Virus record (IMG/VR): IMGVR_UViG_3300025251_000035
Span: 1 to 36,080 of that record
DNA length: 36,080 bases
Source of the DNA: a virus
Taxonomy: Duplodnaviria > Caudoviricetes
Strand: one strand, 5' to 3'
In this document: positions 1 to 9,594 of the stretch, piece after piece
Numbering within the stretch: the first letter of the stretch is position 1
Layout of the letters: every line of letters begins with the position of its first letter
Program-made: the position numbers and the translations under genes
Notes under the pieces: model-generated
The model's database searches: none
Told to the model about the DNA's origin: nothing
The model's input: only the letters and a program-made list of their open reading frames with translations

Positions 1-694
1 CGGGCGCACCTGTCCCAGTGTATTGTGCTGCTAATTCTCTGGCGGTGTAATCCTGACCTAACTCACGGGCTGCATAGCCGGGATCAAATTGCCCAGCCTC
101 ATAACCGCTAACAGAAGGAGCCGCTTTAAATTGAGATTGCCTAAGTCGAGCTTCATAGCCCGGATCAAATTGCCCAGCCTCATAACCGCTAACAGAAGGA
201 TCTGCCTGAAATTGAGATCCCCTGAGTTGAGCTTCATAACCGGGATCAAATGGTCCGGCCTGATAACCCATACCACGCTGACCAGCCCGATAGCCCTGCC
301 CTAACTGACCTGCCCGATAGCCGGGGTCCATATATGCCGCCCTATAGCCAGACCTGACTTGTTGCGGCTGGAATCCACGGGCAACATCCATTCCGGATAT
401 TTGCGGCCCATATCCGATTTGTGATGCAATATCTGAAGCCATCCCTATTTCAGAAGGTGCTCCGGAAGCCGCCATTTGAGAGACCATCGCTTGACTAGCC
501 AACTCCGATGGATCGAAGTCCGCGATTCTCTGCCCGGGATACGCTTCGTAAGGTCGTAGCGTTTCATATGCAGCCCTACCCATCATCTCCTGATAATAAG
601 GTTTAGCAAATGCAGGAAGATTACTGGTTTCTGTATATACTTTTTGAACCGGAGGTTGTTGTTGTCCGCCGCCGCCACCGCCGCCTTTACTCAT
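1..694 (-). CDS. Partial (3'-truncated) putative internal virion/DNA ejection protein with 9-aa repeats
   Basis: Not in ORF track; translated by hand: ATG at 694 overlapping the upstream stop, MSKGGGGGGQQQPPVQKVYTETSNLPAFAKPYYQEMMGRA..., open to the window edge. Gly-rich N-terminus and position after a GNAT-like gene fit podovirus ejection proteins. Confidence 0.75.
   Translation of the reverse strand, partial: MSKGGGGGGGQQQPPVQKVYTETSNLPAFAKPYYQEMMGRAAYETLRPYEAYPGQRIADFDPSELASQAMVSQMAASGAPSEIGMASDIASQIGYGPQISGMDVARGFQPQQVRSGYRAAYMDPGYRAGQLGQGYRAGQRGMGYQAGPFDPGYEAQLRGSQFQADPSVSGYEAGQFDPGYEARLRQSQFKAAPSVSGYEAGQFDPGYAARELGQDYTARELAAQYTGTGAP
20..350 (-). repeat. 27-bp coding repeats (GYxAGQFDP-like 9-mers) with an 81-bp higher-order duplication
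   Basis: GGATCAAATTGCCCAGCCTCATAACCGCTAACAGAAGGA occurs at about 81-119 and 162-200; peptide units GYRAGQLGQ, GYQAGPFDP, GYEAGQFDP. Confidence 0.85.
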
Positions 695-1205
695 GATTAT
701 CTAACCTCTTTTCATAGACTGTATAAGTGCGATTAAACCCATCCTGCTCCAGCCATTTCCAAAATCCATGCCTGCCCGTCACTTCAATACCAGCACAGCT
801 ATTATCAGCAGCCCAACCATTAAACCGATCAAGCATATCCCAGACCCAATCATTAAATTTCGAGCCTCCTAAAAACTGCACCGCCAACATTTGCTGGCAT
901 GGGTAACGCACTATCTCAGTTGTTCCTACACCGTCAATCTGATTGTCTTTATCAAAAGCCAGCCACAAATGTTGCTGCCCATTCGCAATGGCCGCATACA
1001 AATACTCCAAATTCCAACGCCCATTAGACCTGTCAATAGCCGGAGCCAAATGATCCCGCACATCAAACCACAGCGAACTAATATAGTTCGGCGGCACCAA
1101 AGCAATCGTGTGAGTAATATCACGAGACTCATTCTGCGACCTGACTAAAGGCTCCTTGGCAGTCTCACTTAGATCGACTAACGCTAGTTGTGCTAATTCA
1201 GTCAT
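687..1205 (-). CDS. GNAT-fold acetyltransferase-like virion assembly protein
   Basis: HLWLAF..GVGTTEIVRYP..LAVQFLGG..WAADNSCAGIEVTGRHGFWKWL pattern; located between ejection-type genes, like T7 gp13/P22 gp14. Confidence 0.6.
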   Translation of the reverse strand: MTELAQLALVDLSETAKEPLVRSQNESRDITHTIALVPPNYISSLWFDVRDHLAPAIDRSNGRWNLEYLYAAIANGQQHLWLAFDKDNQIDGVGTTEIVRYPCQQMLAVQFLGGSKFNDWVWDMLDRFNGWAADNSCAGIEVTGRHGFWKWLEQDGFNRTYTVYEKRLDNHE

Positions 1206-3631
1206 ATTGGCAGAACCCTATTACTAATCCGTCTTGGCTGCATAATACCGCCTGTCTTAGCCATTCTCACATTGTTCATCATGGAATCGAGTTTGTCTGC
1301 CCCTGCATCGCTACTACCATCCCCAAGGCCGCTCACCACATCAGCCGGGACAATAAACTCACCGGGTGAAACCGCCACAGGCTGCTGGTTACCAATCATG
1401 CCTTGAATTTGGTCATCCATCCCTCCGCCCGGACCTTCAAGCATGCCTTGAGTCTGAGCATTTGGAACAGCCATCTGTAATGCTTGTTCACGCAGCATTT
1501 GAAAGGCTTCTTCGCCAAATTCATCAATAAAGCGAGCAATAACAATTTCAGCCTGCTCTGGAGGTAACTCACCCAACACAGCCATCATAGTTTGTTCAAT
1601 CAATTGATTAGCAGCCTCATTTTCTATCGGAGCTTCAGACTCAATAGGAACTTCCGGTGGCAACATATCAGCATCAGTCGGTATATCGGTTATACCTCCT
1701 TCTTGAAAATATCCAAACATCGATGGATCAATAGGCTCAAATTCCTCTTCATACATTGATATTGCCTTCTTCTTAGCTTTCTTCTTAGATTTCTTCTTAG
1801 CTTTCTTCTTAGATTTCTTCTTAGATTTCTTTTTAGTTATACGCTGCCCTAACACCGATACTGATGGTACTACTGCTGGTGGTAGTGCTGGTGGTAGTGC
1901 TGCTGATGGTGGTGCTATCGGAGCTACCACTGTCGATGGTGCCGCTGCAATCGAAGGCATTGATCCAATTAATTCAGAATCAGCACCATAACGAGCAATC
2001 AAATCTTCCAAATTATCAAGACCCGATATTGCTGGCGGGGCTACTGGTGGTGCTACTGGTGGTGCTACTGGCGGAGCTACTGGTGGTGCTACTGGTGGTG
2101 CTACTAGTGGTGGTACTGGTGGTGGTACTGGTGGTGGTACTACTGCTGGAGCTGGTACTCCTGAAGTATCACCATAATAGGGATCAATTGGCTCAAATCC
2201 GCCCATAAAATCTAGTGCTCCTCCTGCTGGTGCTACTGGCGGTCCTCCTACTGGTGCTCCTCCTACTGGTGCTCCTCCTGCTGGTGCTATTGCTGGAGCG
2301 CCTGCAACATAATTAGCAGCAGAATCAATAGCATCCGATGCTGCTTGATTGTTAATTATGTCCGGATAATCTTCTGAAATGAGTGTCTCTGCCTGAGCTT
2401 GTGCAGATGGAGATCCCGTCAAATATCTATCTAATCCGCCGGAAGAACCACCTTTGCTGCTGCCATAACTACCACCATAATTCACACCACGTCCAAGGCC
2501 ATAATAAGGATCAATAGGCTCAAATTGAGCATCACCTTCACCAAGTCCTAAGAATTCAGATCCATAGCCCAAATTACCTCCTTGTCCTGGGCGCGTAGAA
2601 TAATCCGGCAGAATTCCCGGCAGCCTTGGACCTCCGCCTTCGATGGGATCAGGAGCAACACCAACCCTGCTAGGCTTGAAGTATGTGATTTCAGGCCCGA
2701 ATCCGGGACGCCCTGCCGCAGCTAGTTCTTCTGGGGTAATAACTCTGGGACCACGCAACCTAGCTTGTCTTTTTGCTGCCGTACCACCAGCCTGCATACG
2801 CACCGGATTACCAACTAACGCATTAAATCCATTGCGACGTCTGGCATAATTCTCTGGATTGATTGAAACAATACCACCACGATTAGCATATTGTGGATAA
2901 TCAATATAACTTTGCTCAAACCCTTCCTGCATCTGCCTTTCCGCTCTCCTGTCTTCTTCCTCGTCCCCGGTTGCTCTTTGCTGTGCCAATCTCTCCATCG
3001 ATTCATTGAACTCGGCTTGAGCAAGTCCTGCAGACCCTATCTGCATTGGTAATAAAGTCCCAGCCTTTAAAGCCTCTGTTCCCATTGCTCTAAAGCCTTC
3101 AGTCGTAAAAGGAGCAGCAAGCCTTTGCCCGAAAGTAGATGGAGCAGTAGCAGCAGCTTTAGCAGCAGCATCCCCAACAACAGAACTCGCTCTCAAAGTG
3201 TCAGGTAACTTACTGTATAATTCTTGTGATACAACACTTTTACCAACTTCTCCGGCACCTTTAGCAGTACCAGCACCAGCACCGAAAATCTTACCAAGCC
3301 CTGCTCCCAAAATACCGGACGTCAAGCCTTTCTTAAAAGATCCTGTTGTCGCCCAAGTGGCAAGACCTGATCCAATCGCACCAGCAGCCCATGCAGGCAA
3401 TGAACTAAGAGCAGCGGTGCCCAACATGCTTCCCAATATCGGAGCCAAGAAGGGTAGAAACGCCTCCTGCTGGCCTGTGACTGGATTAATGGTTAATTGT
3501 CCAGTTGGAGATAACGCTGCAATACCCTGAAGCTCTGCTGGATTCATATGAACCAGCATGGAATCTCCATACCGTCCGTGTTGAGCTAAATTCTCAGCCA
3601 CTCCCTGTAAGGGTGCATAATTATTCATCAT
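1202..3631 (-). CDS. Putative internal virion/ejection protein, low complexity
   Basis: 809 aa; N-terminal GRYGDSMLVHMNPAE..TINPVTG motif followed by a hydrophobic Gly/Ala stretch; C-terminal GPGGGMDDQI..VSPGEFIVPADVV motif seen in phage virion proteins. Confidence 0.7.
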   Translation of the reverse strand: MMNNYAPLQGVAENLAQHGRYGDSMLVHMNPAELQGIAALSPTGQLTINPVTGQQEAFLPFLAPILGSMLGTAALSSLPAWAAGAIGSGLATWATTGSFKKGLTSGILGAGLGKIFGAGAGTAKGAGEVGKSVVSQELYSKLPDTLRASSVVGDAAAKAAATAPSTFGQRLAAPFTTEGFRAMGTEALKAGTLLPMQIGSAGLAQAEFNESMERLAQQRATGDEEEDRRAERQMQEGFEQSYIDYPQYANRGGIVSINPENYARRRNGFNALVGNPVRMQAGGTAAKRQARLRGPRVITPEELAAAGRPGFGPEITYFKPSRVGVAPDPIEGGGPRLPGILPDYSTRPGQGGNLGYGSEFLGLGEGDAQFEPIDPYYGLGRGVNYGGSYGSSKGGSSGGLDRYLTGSPSAQAQAETLISEDYPDIINNQAASDAIDSAANYVAGAPAIAPAGGAPVGGAPVGGPPVAPAGGALDFMGGFEPIDPYYGDTSGVPAPAVVPPPVPPPVPPLVAPPVAPPVAPPVAPPVAPPVAPPAISGLDNLEDLIARYGADSELIGSMPSIAAAPSTVVAPIAPPSAALPPALPPAVVPSVSVLGQRITKKKSKKKSKKKAKKKSKKKAKKKAISMYEEEFEPIDPSMFGYFQEGGITDIPTDADMLPPEVPIESEAPIENEAANQLIEQTMMAVLGELPPEQAEIVIARFIDEFGEEAFQMLREQALQMAVPNAQTQGMLEGPGGGMDDQIQGMIGNQQPVAVSPGEFIVPADVVSGLGDGSSDAGADKLDSMMNNVRMAKTGGIMQPRRISNRVLPI
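1763..1834 (-). repeat. 12-bp tandem repeat encoding (KKKS/A)x6
   Basis: TTTCTTCTTAG(A/C) units on the + strand. Confidence 0.9.
2033..2145 (-). repeat. Tandem 12-bp and 9-bp repeats encoding VAPP/VPPP
   Basis: GGTGCTACTGGT units on the + strand. Confidence 0.9.
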
Positions 3632-3637
3632 AAAATC

Positions 3638-3967
3638 CTATTTTGTTTCTACCCCAAATAAAGTAAAACTCATATTTGCAGAACTGGCATATGTCTTCAT
3701 AACATCTGCCTGACCTAAACACATGCCAATAACCGCTGTGAAAGTCGTATTCGCTGCAACAGACTTGCCATAGTAAAGAAACTGCTTATCATCATCGCCG
3801 GCACCAGCAACATTGATACGCAGTCTAAACGTGATGGCGCTTCCGGTTCTGTTACAAGCCAGAAACGAACTAACCGTCGTCTGCGTAAGGTCAGGAACCG
3901 TGTACAGGGTCTCTTGTGTCGTTGCTGCTGCATCAAGCTGCCCCAGTACCTTAATAATATCACTCAC
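3638..3967 (-). CDS. Hypothetical small beta-rich virion protein
   Basis: 109 aa, GTG start overlapping the upstream stop, within the structural operon. Confidence 0.65.
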   Translation of the reverse strand: MSDIIKVLGQLDAAATTQETLYTVPDLTQTTVSSFLACNRTGSAITFRLRINVAGAGDDDKQFLYYGKSVAANTTFTAVIGMCLGQADVMKTYASSANMSFTLFGVETK

Positions 3968-4161
3968 GAAGCCCCCATCAACAAGAACTGAAATCGTCGC
4001 ATTGCCAAAGAGCCATCCTTATCAGCCTGAGTCTTAGCTAACAACACATCGTTCTCAATGCTCTGTAATGCAAATTCAACCGTTCTACGCATGGTTTGTT
4101 CATTTTCTTGATCATACTCATCGCTAGGAGAAGGTAATGGATTTGTTCGTAATGAAGCCAT
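3964..4161 (-). CDS. Hypothetical tail-associated protein
   Basis: 65 aa, translationally coupled on both sides. Confidence 0.65.
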   Translation of the reverse strand: MASLRTNPLPSPSDEYDQENEQTMRRTVEFALQSIENDVLLAKTQADKDGSLAMRRFQFLLMGAS

Positions 4162-6014
4162 CAGCGTCTTCCATCCTGTCTCATTTCAAACCTCAAATCA
4201 CCCAAACGCCAGCCAAATCCCAAACCGCTACTCTCTATCCTGACAACCGACTCTCTCGCTCTGGTGCGTAAGAAATTCTGCTCGGTACTGCTTGTAACTG
4301 TCGCTGTCGCCAGCGTCGAAAGGCTCTCCAGCGGGAATCTCTTGCCCTTAATAGTGACATCCACAGACACACTTCCAGTATCACCACTGAACCTGAAATC
4401 CGGAATCATCCGACTCAGGAACATAAATCTTCCACCCTCATCCAGTTCCACATCGCCCGATTCGATATAGGCTGTCATCGCAGAGCCGTCATCGTCGTAA
4501 CCGGTCTCGTGCCTGTATATATAATTATTATCATCAGAAGTGATAACCGTACTGGCAAGGGGATAATTCCGTGTCCCGGCCTCAATCCACATTCCTCTCA
4601 CCAAAGTACCCACCGACCATACATTCTCCGCATAATTGAAAGTTACATAGTTGGTGATATCGGTATTTCCTTCGCCGACGGGGTAATACCAAGTGACTTC
4701 AGAAAAATCCACATTGGTCGCTGCATAAACCTTGTATCCCTGACTCAAATTAATATTGGAAAATACATGGTCCTTGACTGAACAAGACACCGGCTGCACT
4801 GCACCGTTGTACACAAAGAACCCACCTCTATCCATGAAATACACAGAACCACGGGCATTAGCTGCTGCGTTCGGAGAGATCATCGAGATATTATGGCTCA
4901 ATAAATTAAATTGAAAAATAAATGGTGATCCTATAAATCGCATTGAATGGACACTGGTATCCGTCCAAATCAGGATTTCCTGTCTGGTCTGCAACGCACC
5001 GATAATCTTTGAGCCTTCATTAATTCGTACACCGCCAGCGGTATTGATCGCCGTTGGTGTCCAGTCTGCTGCTGATTGCTGATCTGACCAGCGAACCAAC
5101 AATGGATCGATAACGCTTGAGCCAATATCATTTACACCGAAGCAAATAACATGCTGATCCACATCAGAAATCATAATTTGCAATGCCACGGTAGGCGTAG
5201 CGGAAGCGCCACCAATCGTACTGATATCGACGGCTCTTGTGCCAGTACCGCTGCTGGTATCCCAATAATAAACGCCACCGCCACGAACATTGGCAATTAA
5301 ATCTTCTCCAAAATTATCCTGACTCCAAAGACGCAATTGATTACCACTGGCAACACTGCTGGAACTGCCAAATGTCCCTTCATTCCACGCATTAGCACCC
5401 CAGCCTGTACCATCCACATAAACATTCAGACCGGTTTTAATCTGATATGCGCCAACGACAGACGATCCGCCATTGCCTGAATCACTTGAATTTGCAGTAA
5501 TTTCATCGCCTGAAGTATCTTTGGCTGTGAAGGTAAAGGTACTGGTACTTGGAACTGTGGCGATCTGGTATTCCTGATTCAATGCATCTGCTATAACCAA
5601 GCCGCCCAGAGTTGCTGCGCCGGAAAATGTGACGAAATCATTAACTCTTGCTCCATGTGCTGAATCCGTTGCAGTGATGGTGGATGAGCCATTGGTTGCT
5701 GCAAATGTGACATCTCCTGCCGAAGTTGTTGAACGGATAGGAGTTACATCATAAAAACTCGTTCCTTCCGCAACATACAGTTTCAAATGCGTACCAATAC
5801 CCAAAAACTTTGTAGATTCCAAATCAGCCCAGTCATGTATCGACCGGGACACACCAAGAAAAGCACTGGCAGAAAACTTCTCCCAGCCGCCTATCTTTTC
5901 AGGGCGTCCCTTTCTGAAACGAACTTTATCCGAGTCAAACCAACCAGAGCCTGCACTGTATTCAGTACCTTCTTTGTTAACTCCCGGCTGAAATTGTAAT
6001 TTACGCAGCGGCAT
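4161..6014 (-). CDS. Tail nozzle / head-closure protein (P22 gp10-like beta-propeller)
   Basis: 617 aa; DSDKVRFRKGRPEKIGGW, VRWSDQ, YFMDRGGFFVYNG and WRLGDLRFEMRQDGRR motifs; position upstream of ejection-type genes. Confidence 0.7.
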   Translation of the reverse strand: MPLRKLQFQPGVNKEGTEYSAGSGWFDSDKVRFRKGRPEKIGGWEKFSASAFLGVSRSIHDWADLESTKFLGIGTHLKLYVAEGTSFYDVTPIRSTTSAGDVTFAATNGSSTITATDSAHGARVNDFVTFSGAATLGGLVIADALNQEYQIATVPSTSTFTFTAKDTSGDEITANSSDSGNGGSSVVGAYQIKTGLNVYVDGTGWGANAWNEGTFGSSSSVASGNQLRLWSQDNFGEDLIANVRGGGVYYWDTSSGTGTRAVDISTIGGASATPTVALQIMISDVDQHVICFGVNDIGSSVIDPLLVRWSDQQSAADWTPTAINTAGGVRINEGSKIIGALQTRQEILIWTDTSVHSMRFIGSPFIFQFNLLSHNISMISPNAAANARGSVYFMDRGGFFVYNGAVQPVSCSVKDHVFSNINLSQGYKVYAATNVDFSEVTWYYPVGEGNTDITNYVTFNYAENVWSVGTLVRGMWIEAGTRNYPLASTVITSDDNNYIYRHETGYDDDGSAMTAYIESGDVELDEGGRFMFLSRMIPDFRFSGDTGSVSVDVTIKGKRFPLESLSTLATATVTSSTEQNFLRTRARESVVRIESSGLGFGWRLGDLRFEMRQDGRR

Positions 6015-6016
6015 CG

Positions 6017-6874
6017 TTAACGCACCCTCCCTCTGGGAATTCCAACTATCCCGCCGTTAGCTCTCAATTCAATGGCTTGACCATAATTTCCCAGAGAGTA
6101 ATTACCAAATTGATTCTCATAACTAGGTCTAACCTGATTAAAATATCCACGCCCACTGCTTACGCCTGCTCCCCAATTACTTCGCTGTGCTGGAGTCCAC
6201 CTTGACCAAAGAGATTGAGATTTAGGTCCAGGATCGCCCGCATAGCCGGGTATCTGAAAAGTCTGATTTTGCGGGATTGCGGTTTGTCCGGTTTGAGCAA
6301 TCTGATCGGCCTGCCCAGTTTGTACGGTTTGATCAGCTTGACCTTCAGCTTGAACTTCAGCTTGTTGCTGCTGCTGCGGTGGAGTCGATCCGTGCAAATA
6401 AGCTCGATCAGATATCCGACTATCTAGCGGATTTCTCATCGGAGGTCTGAAAGGAGGCAGGTAACTCATGTCAGGAAGAGCACCGTAGCCACTAAATCGC
6501 TGCGGTGAATACTGCATCTGCCCATAACCACTGGGAATCCAAGGCTGTCTGTAGGATGAGCCAGGCATAAAAATAGGATTGGTTGCAGGTGACCACGGGG
6601 ATTGACCACCCTTGCCCGGACTTCTCATGGGAGGTCTGAAAGGAGGCGGCCCCCACACAGGCGGATCTCTAAAATAGGGTGGCCTTATCGGTCCGGGAGA
6701 TCTGAAAGAAGGCGGTCTCTGATGGTAAAACGATTGAGATTGACCACCAAACGGTGTTTGCTGACCTGCCGTGCCACCACCCTTGTTAGGTCCACCCTGG
6801 AACTGTTGAGGCTGTCCAAATCCGCCTCCTCCAACCCCTCCTTGAAATGCTTGATTCGGACGAGCCATACCCAT
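6017..6874 (-). CDS. Low-complexity G/Q/P/Y-rich hypothetical protein
   Basis: 285 aa with AGGAG SD upstream; PPFRPPMR twice; ends RANGGIVGIPRGRVR. Confidence 0.7.
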   Translation of the reverse strand: MGMARPNQAFQGGVGGGGFGQPQQFQGGPNKGGGTAGQQTPFGGQSQSFYHQRPPSFRSPGPIRPPYFRDPPVWGPPPFRPPMRSPGKGGQSPWSPATNPIFMPGSSYRQPWIPSGYGQMQYSPQRFSGYGALPDMSYLPPFRPPMRNPLDSRISDRAYLHGSTPPQQQQQAEVQAEGQADQTVQTGQADQIAQTGQTAIPQNQTFQIPGYAGDPGPKSQSLWSRWTPAQRSNWGAGVSSGRGYFNQVRPSYENQFGNYSLGNYGQAIELRANGGIVGIPRGRVR

Positions 6875-6896
6875 ATCTATCTCCTATTATAAAAAA

Positions 6897-7337
6897 CTAA
6901 TTCAGATACTCACCTGTCCGAATTATTTCTGCCAATTCTTTAGACCTGTTACCAACCTGACTGGCCCACCGACTATCAAGAAATTGCTTACCAGCCTCTT
7001 CCCAGTCACCTGATTCCATCGCCTCCAATGCCTTTCTGAACCCTCTCAACCTTGTCTGTCCAAGATTAAAGCTGATATCAACCATCGCATCGGAGCGTGC
7101 TTGATTCAGTCCTGCAAACCACGCATATTCACCATCCAGTTCTTGCATCACTCGATCAATATCGTTCTGTAACAAATAATCAACCTCGTCATCCGACAAC
7201 CCCAATCCTCTTGCACGACCGTTATCACCGGCATCGATATTCCTGCCCACGCCGATAGTCGTGAAGTTCTGACTGCATAAATAAGCGTGACTTTCCACGC
7301 CTTCATGGCGACGCAACATTTCGGTTAATTTACTCAT
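6897..7337 (-). CDS. Endolysin, T4-lysozyme-like (GH24)
   Basis: RHEG..YLC....TIGVGRN catalytic region; FNLG and DSRWASQVGNR motifs. Confidence 0.9.
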   Translation of the reverse strand: MSKLTEMLRRHEGVESHAYLCSQNFTTIGVGRNIDAGDNGRARGLGLSDDEVDYLLQNDIDRVMQELDGEYAWFAGLNQARSDAMVDISFNLGQTRLRGFRKALEAMESGDWEEAGKQFLDSRWASQVGNRSKELAEIIRTGEYLN

Positions 7338-7723
7338 TCTTCTATATGTTGTTCTTTATCCTCTTTTTGCCGTTCTTTATCAACATCCCGGTAATATTCA
7401 ATTATCGATAAAACTTGTCTGATATACCGTTGAATCTGTGCCATGTTATTACTAATATTCTCGTATCCTTTAGTGGTTAGAGAATACCACGCATTAACTG
7501 GAGCTTCGCCAGCCTTCAAATCCTCCAAATACTCTTCCATCGTGTCCGGTGTCAAAATCTTCCATTCGACCGGCATACTCTTGATTCTGGGTGGAAGCGG
7601 CGGGTGATACATCGGAGCCGGTTTCTCGATGGTTACCACTTCCACTGGCCTCACCTCCGGCGGACGAAACGCCGTTGTGCAACCACTGCAAATTAATAGC
7701 AGAACCAGAACCAAGACTTTCAT
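7334..7723 (-). CDS. Putative o-spanin (lipoprotein)
   Basis: Signal peptide with lipobox-like ICSGC, Pro-rich segment, adjacent to i-spanin-like gene and endolysin. Confidence 0.65.
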   Translation of the reverse strand: MKVLVLVLLLICSGCTTAFRPPEVRPVEVVTIEKPAPMYHPPLPPRIKSMPVEWKILTPDTMEEYLEDLKAGEAPVNAWYSLTTKGYENISNNMAQIQRYIRQVLSIIEYYRDVDKERQKEDKEQHIEE

Positions 7724-7725
7724 GT

Positions 7726-8148
7726 TTAACCTTCTGTTTTCTCATCAAACTGACCCGGATTCGTTAAATCTTCAAGTTCTTTAAAAACAGTTGCCGTACC
7801 ACGATTAACAAGTTTTTCTACTAATCCTGGCTTACGCAACGACAACATATCAAGATCATGCCGTGCAAATTTCTCGCGTAATTCATCGATCTTTTCAGTT
7901 GCCTCATTATTAGAAACAGTCAACAATTCAATACGTGCATCGGATGTCTTTTTATTTTCAATCGCTTTCTCAATTTGCTTATTCTGAGTATCAATTGCAT
8001 TCTCAAGACGTAACTGATTATCCATTGATGTCTGCAACTGCATTGCTATAGCCATTTTCTCCGCTTCTGACTTGTCATAGTAGAGTTTAAAAGCTCCCGA
8101 CAACATCACTAAAGCAATTCCTAGCACAATAGATAATTTAAACCCCAT
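7726..8148 (-). CDS. Putative i-spanin
   Basis: Single N-terminal TM helix followed by coiled coil; lysis cassette context. Confidence 0.65.
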   Translation of the reverse strand: MGFKLSIVLGIALVMLSGAFKLYYDKSEAEKMAIAMQLQTSMDNQLRLENAIDTQNKQIEKAIENKKTSDARIELLTVSNNEATEKIDELREKFARHDLDMLSLRKPGLVEKLVNRGTATVFKELEDLTNPGQFDEKTEG

Positions 8149-8160
8149 TAACTCATTTCC

Positions 8161-8382
8161 CTATGTATTCTTATCGCCATCAATTACCCATGCCTCATCT
8201 TCTGGGGTATCGGGATCATCGCCAAGATAACGCCCCTTGCTATCCCTGGCTCTGTAACGATCACTCTCCTTATTTTCAACATCCACTACCTTCAATGGAG
8301 GCTGTTCTGTTGTTTTCTTTTCTTTCTCAGTCGTACCAAAAAATTTACTCAGGCTGAGTCTAAGTTTTTCAAAAAAATCCAT
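8161..8382 (-). CDS. Hypothetical protein
   Basis: 73 aa; RARDSKGRYLGDDPDTPEDEAW motif. Confidence 0.65.
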   Translation of the reverse strand: MDFFEKLRLSLSKFFGTTEKEKKTTEQPPLKVVDVENKESDRYRARDSKGRYLGDDPDTPEDEAWVIDGDKNT

Positions 8383-8385
8383 GAC

Positions 8386-8559
8386 TTAATTACTCTTTTG
8401 CTTGGCCTTACCAATGTTCAAAGCCAAAACATCAACCAGCTTATACAATTTCCCAATCCATACATCGTCTTTAGGTGTTGGAGTTACAGCAGCAATAAAG
8501 CTAGCGCAACATACAATCCCTGTAACAACTGATACTAATGTAATTATGAAATCAAACAT
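8386..8559 (-). CDS. Putative holin (57 aa; below the ORF track cutoff)
   Basis: Hand-translated MFDFIITLVSVVTGIVCCASFIAAVTPTPKDDVWIGKLYKLVDVLALNIGKAKQKSN; GAGGTG SD; TM segment and basic C-terminus; heads the lysis cassette. Confidence 0.65.
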   Translation of the reverse strand: MFDFIITLVSVVTGIVCCASFIAAVTPTPKDDVWIGKLYKLVDVLALNIGKAKQKSN

Positions 8560-8569
8560 TGTTCACCTC

Positions 8570-9280
8570 TTAATTAACAACTTTTTTGTCGATATCTTGA
8601 ACATTCCAAACATTTAGATTAGCCGCCACAGTGCGACGCTCACCATCTCCTTCAAATGGATATACAGAATGCTGAAGCCATGACGGAAACATAAGAAACT
8701 TTCCAACTTCAGGCTTAATCACAAAGCTCTGAGGAGGCCGTAATCTCTCAACATCAATTACAGAATTAATTCCATAATTAAATGCCAAGCAACCATCGGC
8801 ATTTCCACTAGCGTTATACAGAGAATACTCCGGGCTTCCTGCTGTAGGCTGATCTAATATCTGCTGAGGCACTTTCGTCCATGCAGTACATGAAACGCCC
8901 ATCAGTGTTTTAGTGCCATGATCATGGATGGGATTATAATCACGTTCATAAGAATGTACTGACCATAATTCATCGATCTCGATTTGACGCTCACCACTCA
9001 GTGGATTATCAGTAATTTGACTAAAATGCTTCACATAATCCGCTGCTAAAACTCCGGTCATTTCACAAAAAGCAGCCAGTCTTGAATCCTTATGATCCAT
9101 CGTCAACTGCTGCCCATGACCAATTTGACCCACCAATGTACCAGCGTGGGAAACACGATCATCCTTCTCCATTAACTCATCTAAATACGCATTGAGTCCT
9201 TGCACCATATCTTCTGGCATCCATGTTTCTAAAAGAAACACCGATGGAACCGTGTGCATTTTGTATTCCTGTTTTATCAC
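8570..9280 (-). CDS. Putative 2OG-Fe(II) oxygenase (TIGR02466-like)
   Basis: HDH (HxH) motif, FPSWLQHSVYP, terminal RRTVAANL; start may be the second Met. Confidence 0.8.
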   Translation of the reverse strand: MIKQEYKMHTVPSVFLLETWMPEDMVQGLNAYLDELMEKDDRVSHAGTLVGQIGHGQQLTMDHKDSRLAAFCEMTGVLAADYVKHFSQITDNPLSGERQIEIDELWSVHSYERDYNPIHDHGTKTLMGVSCTAWTKVPQQILDQPTAGSPEYSLYNASGNADGCLAFNYGINSVIDVERLRPPQSFVIKPEVGKFLMFPSWLQHSVYPFEGDGERRTVAANLNVWNVQDIDKKVVN

Positions 9281-9594
9281 GAAGGCACTGCAAAAGCTTT
9301 ATCAGGAACTGGCTGCACTACAGGACTGGTAATCACTGAAGCTACTTGGCTCGCAAATATAACGTCCCAATGTGAAACAGGACAGAGAGCGACTAAATTT
9401 GCATTACTAAATGTACCTTTGGCAGCTTTGCTAAAATCTCCATCATCTGCAACTGCTATATGAGTAAAAATACTTGTGTAGTAAGTAGAATCACCTTCGC
9501 TATCATTCTCATACTTCATTTCAATTTCCCATTTCTCCACTCTGTTAGATTTAACATAAGGAATCGTTTTTACTAACGCTTTTGTGACAGCCAT
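9277..9594 (-). CDS. Hypothetical protein (possibly tail-fibre associated)
   Basis: 105 aa, directly after the tail fibre gene. Confidence 0.6.
   Translation of the reverse strand: MAVTKALVKTIPYVKSNRVEKWEIEMKYENDSEGDSTYYTSIFTHIAVADDGDFSKAAKGTFSNANLVALCPVSHWDVIFASQVASVITSPVVQPVPDKAFAVPS

Noticed and set aside
78-250. DGR template/variable repeat pair or CRISPR
   Set aside because: In-frame coding tandem repeat; no reverse transcriptase and no adenine-specific mismatch pattern evident.
1864-2208. Leu/Val-rich plus-strand ORF as a membrane protein
   Set aside because: Antisense shadow of the VAPP repeat.
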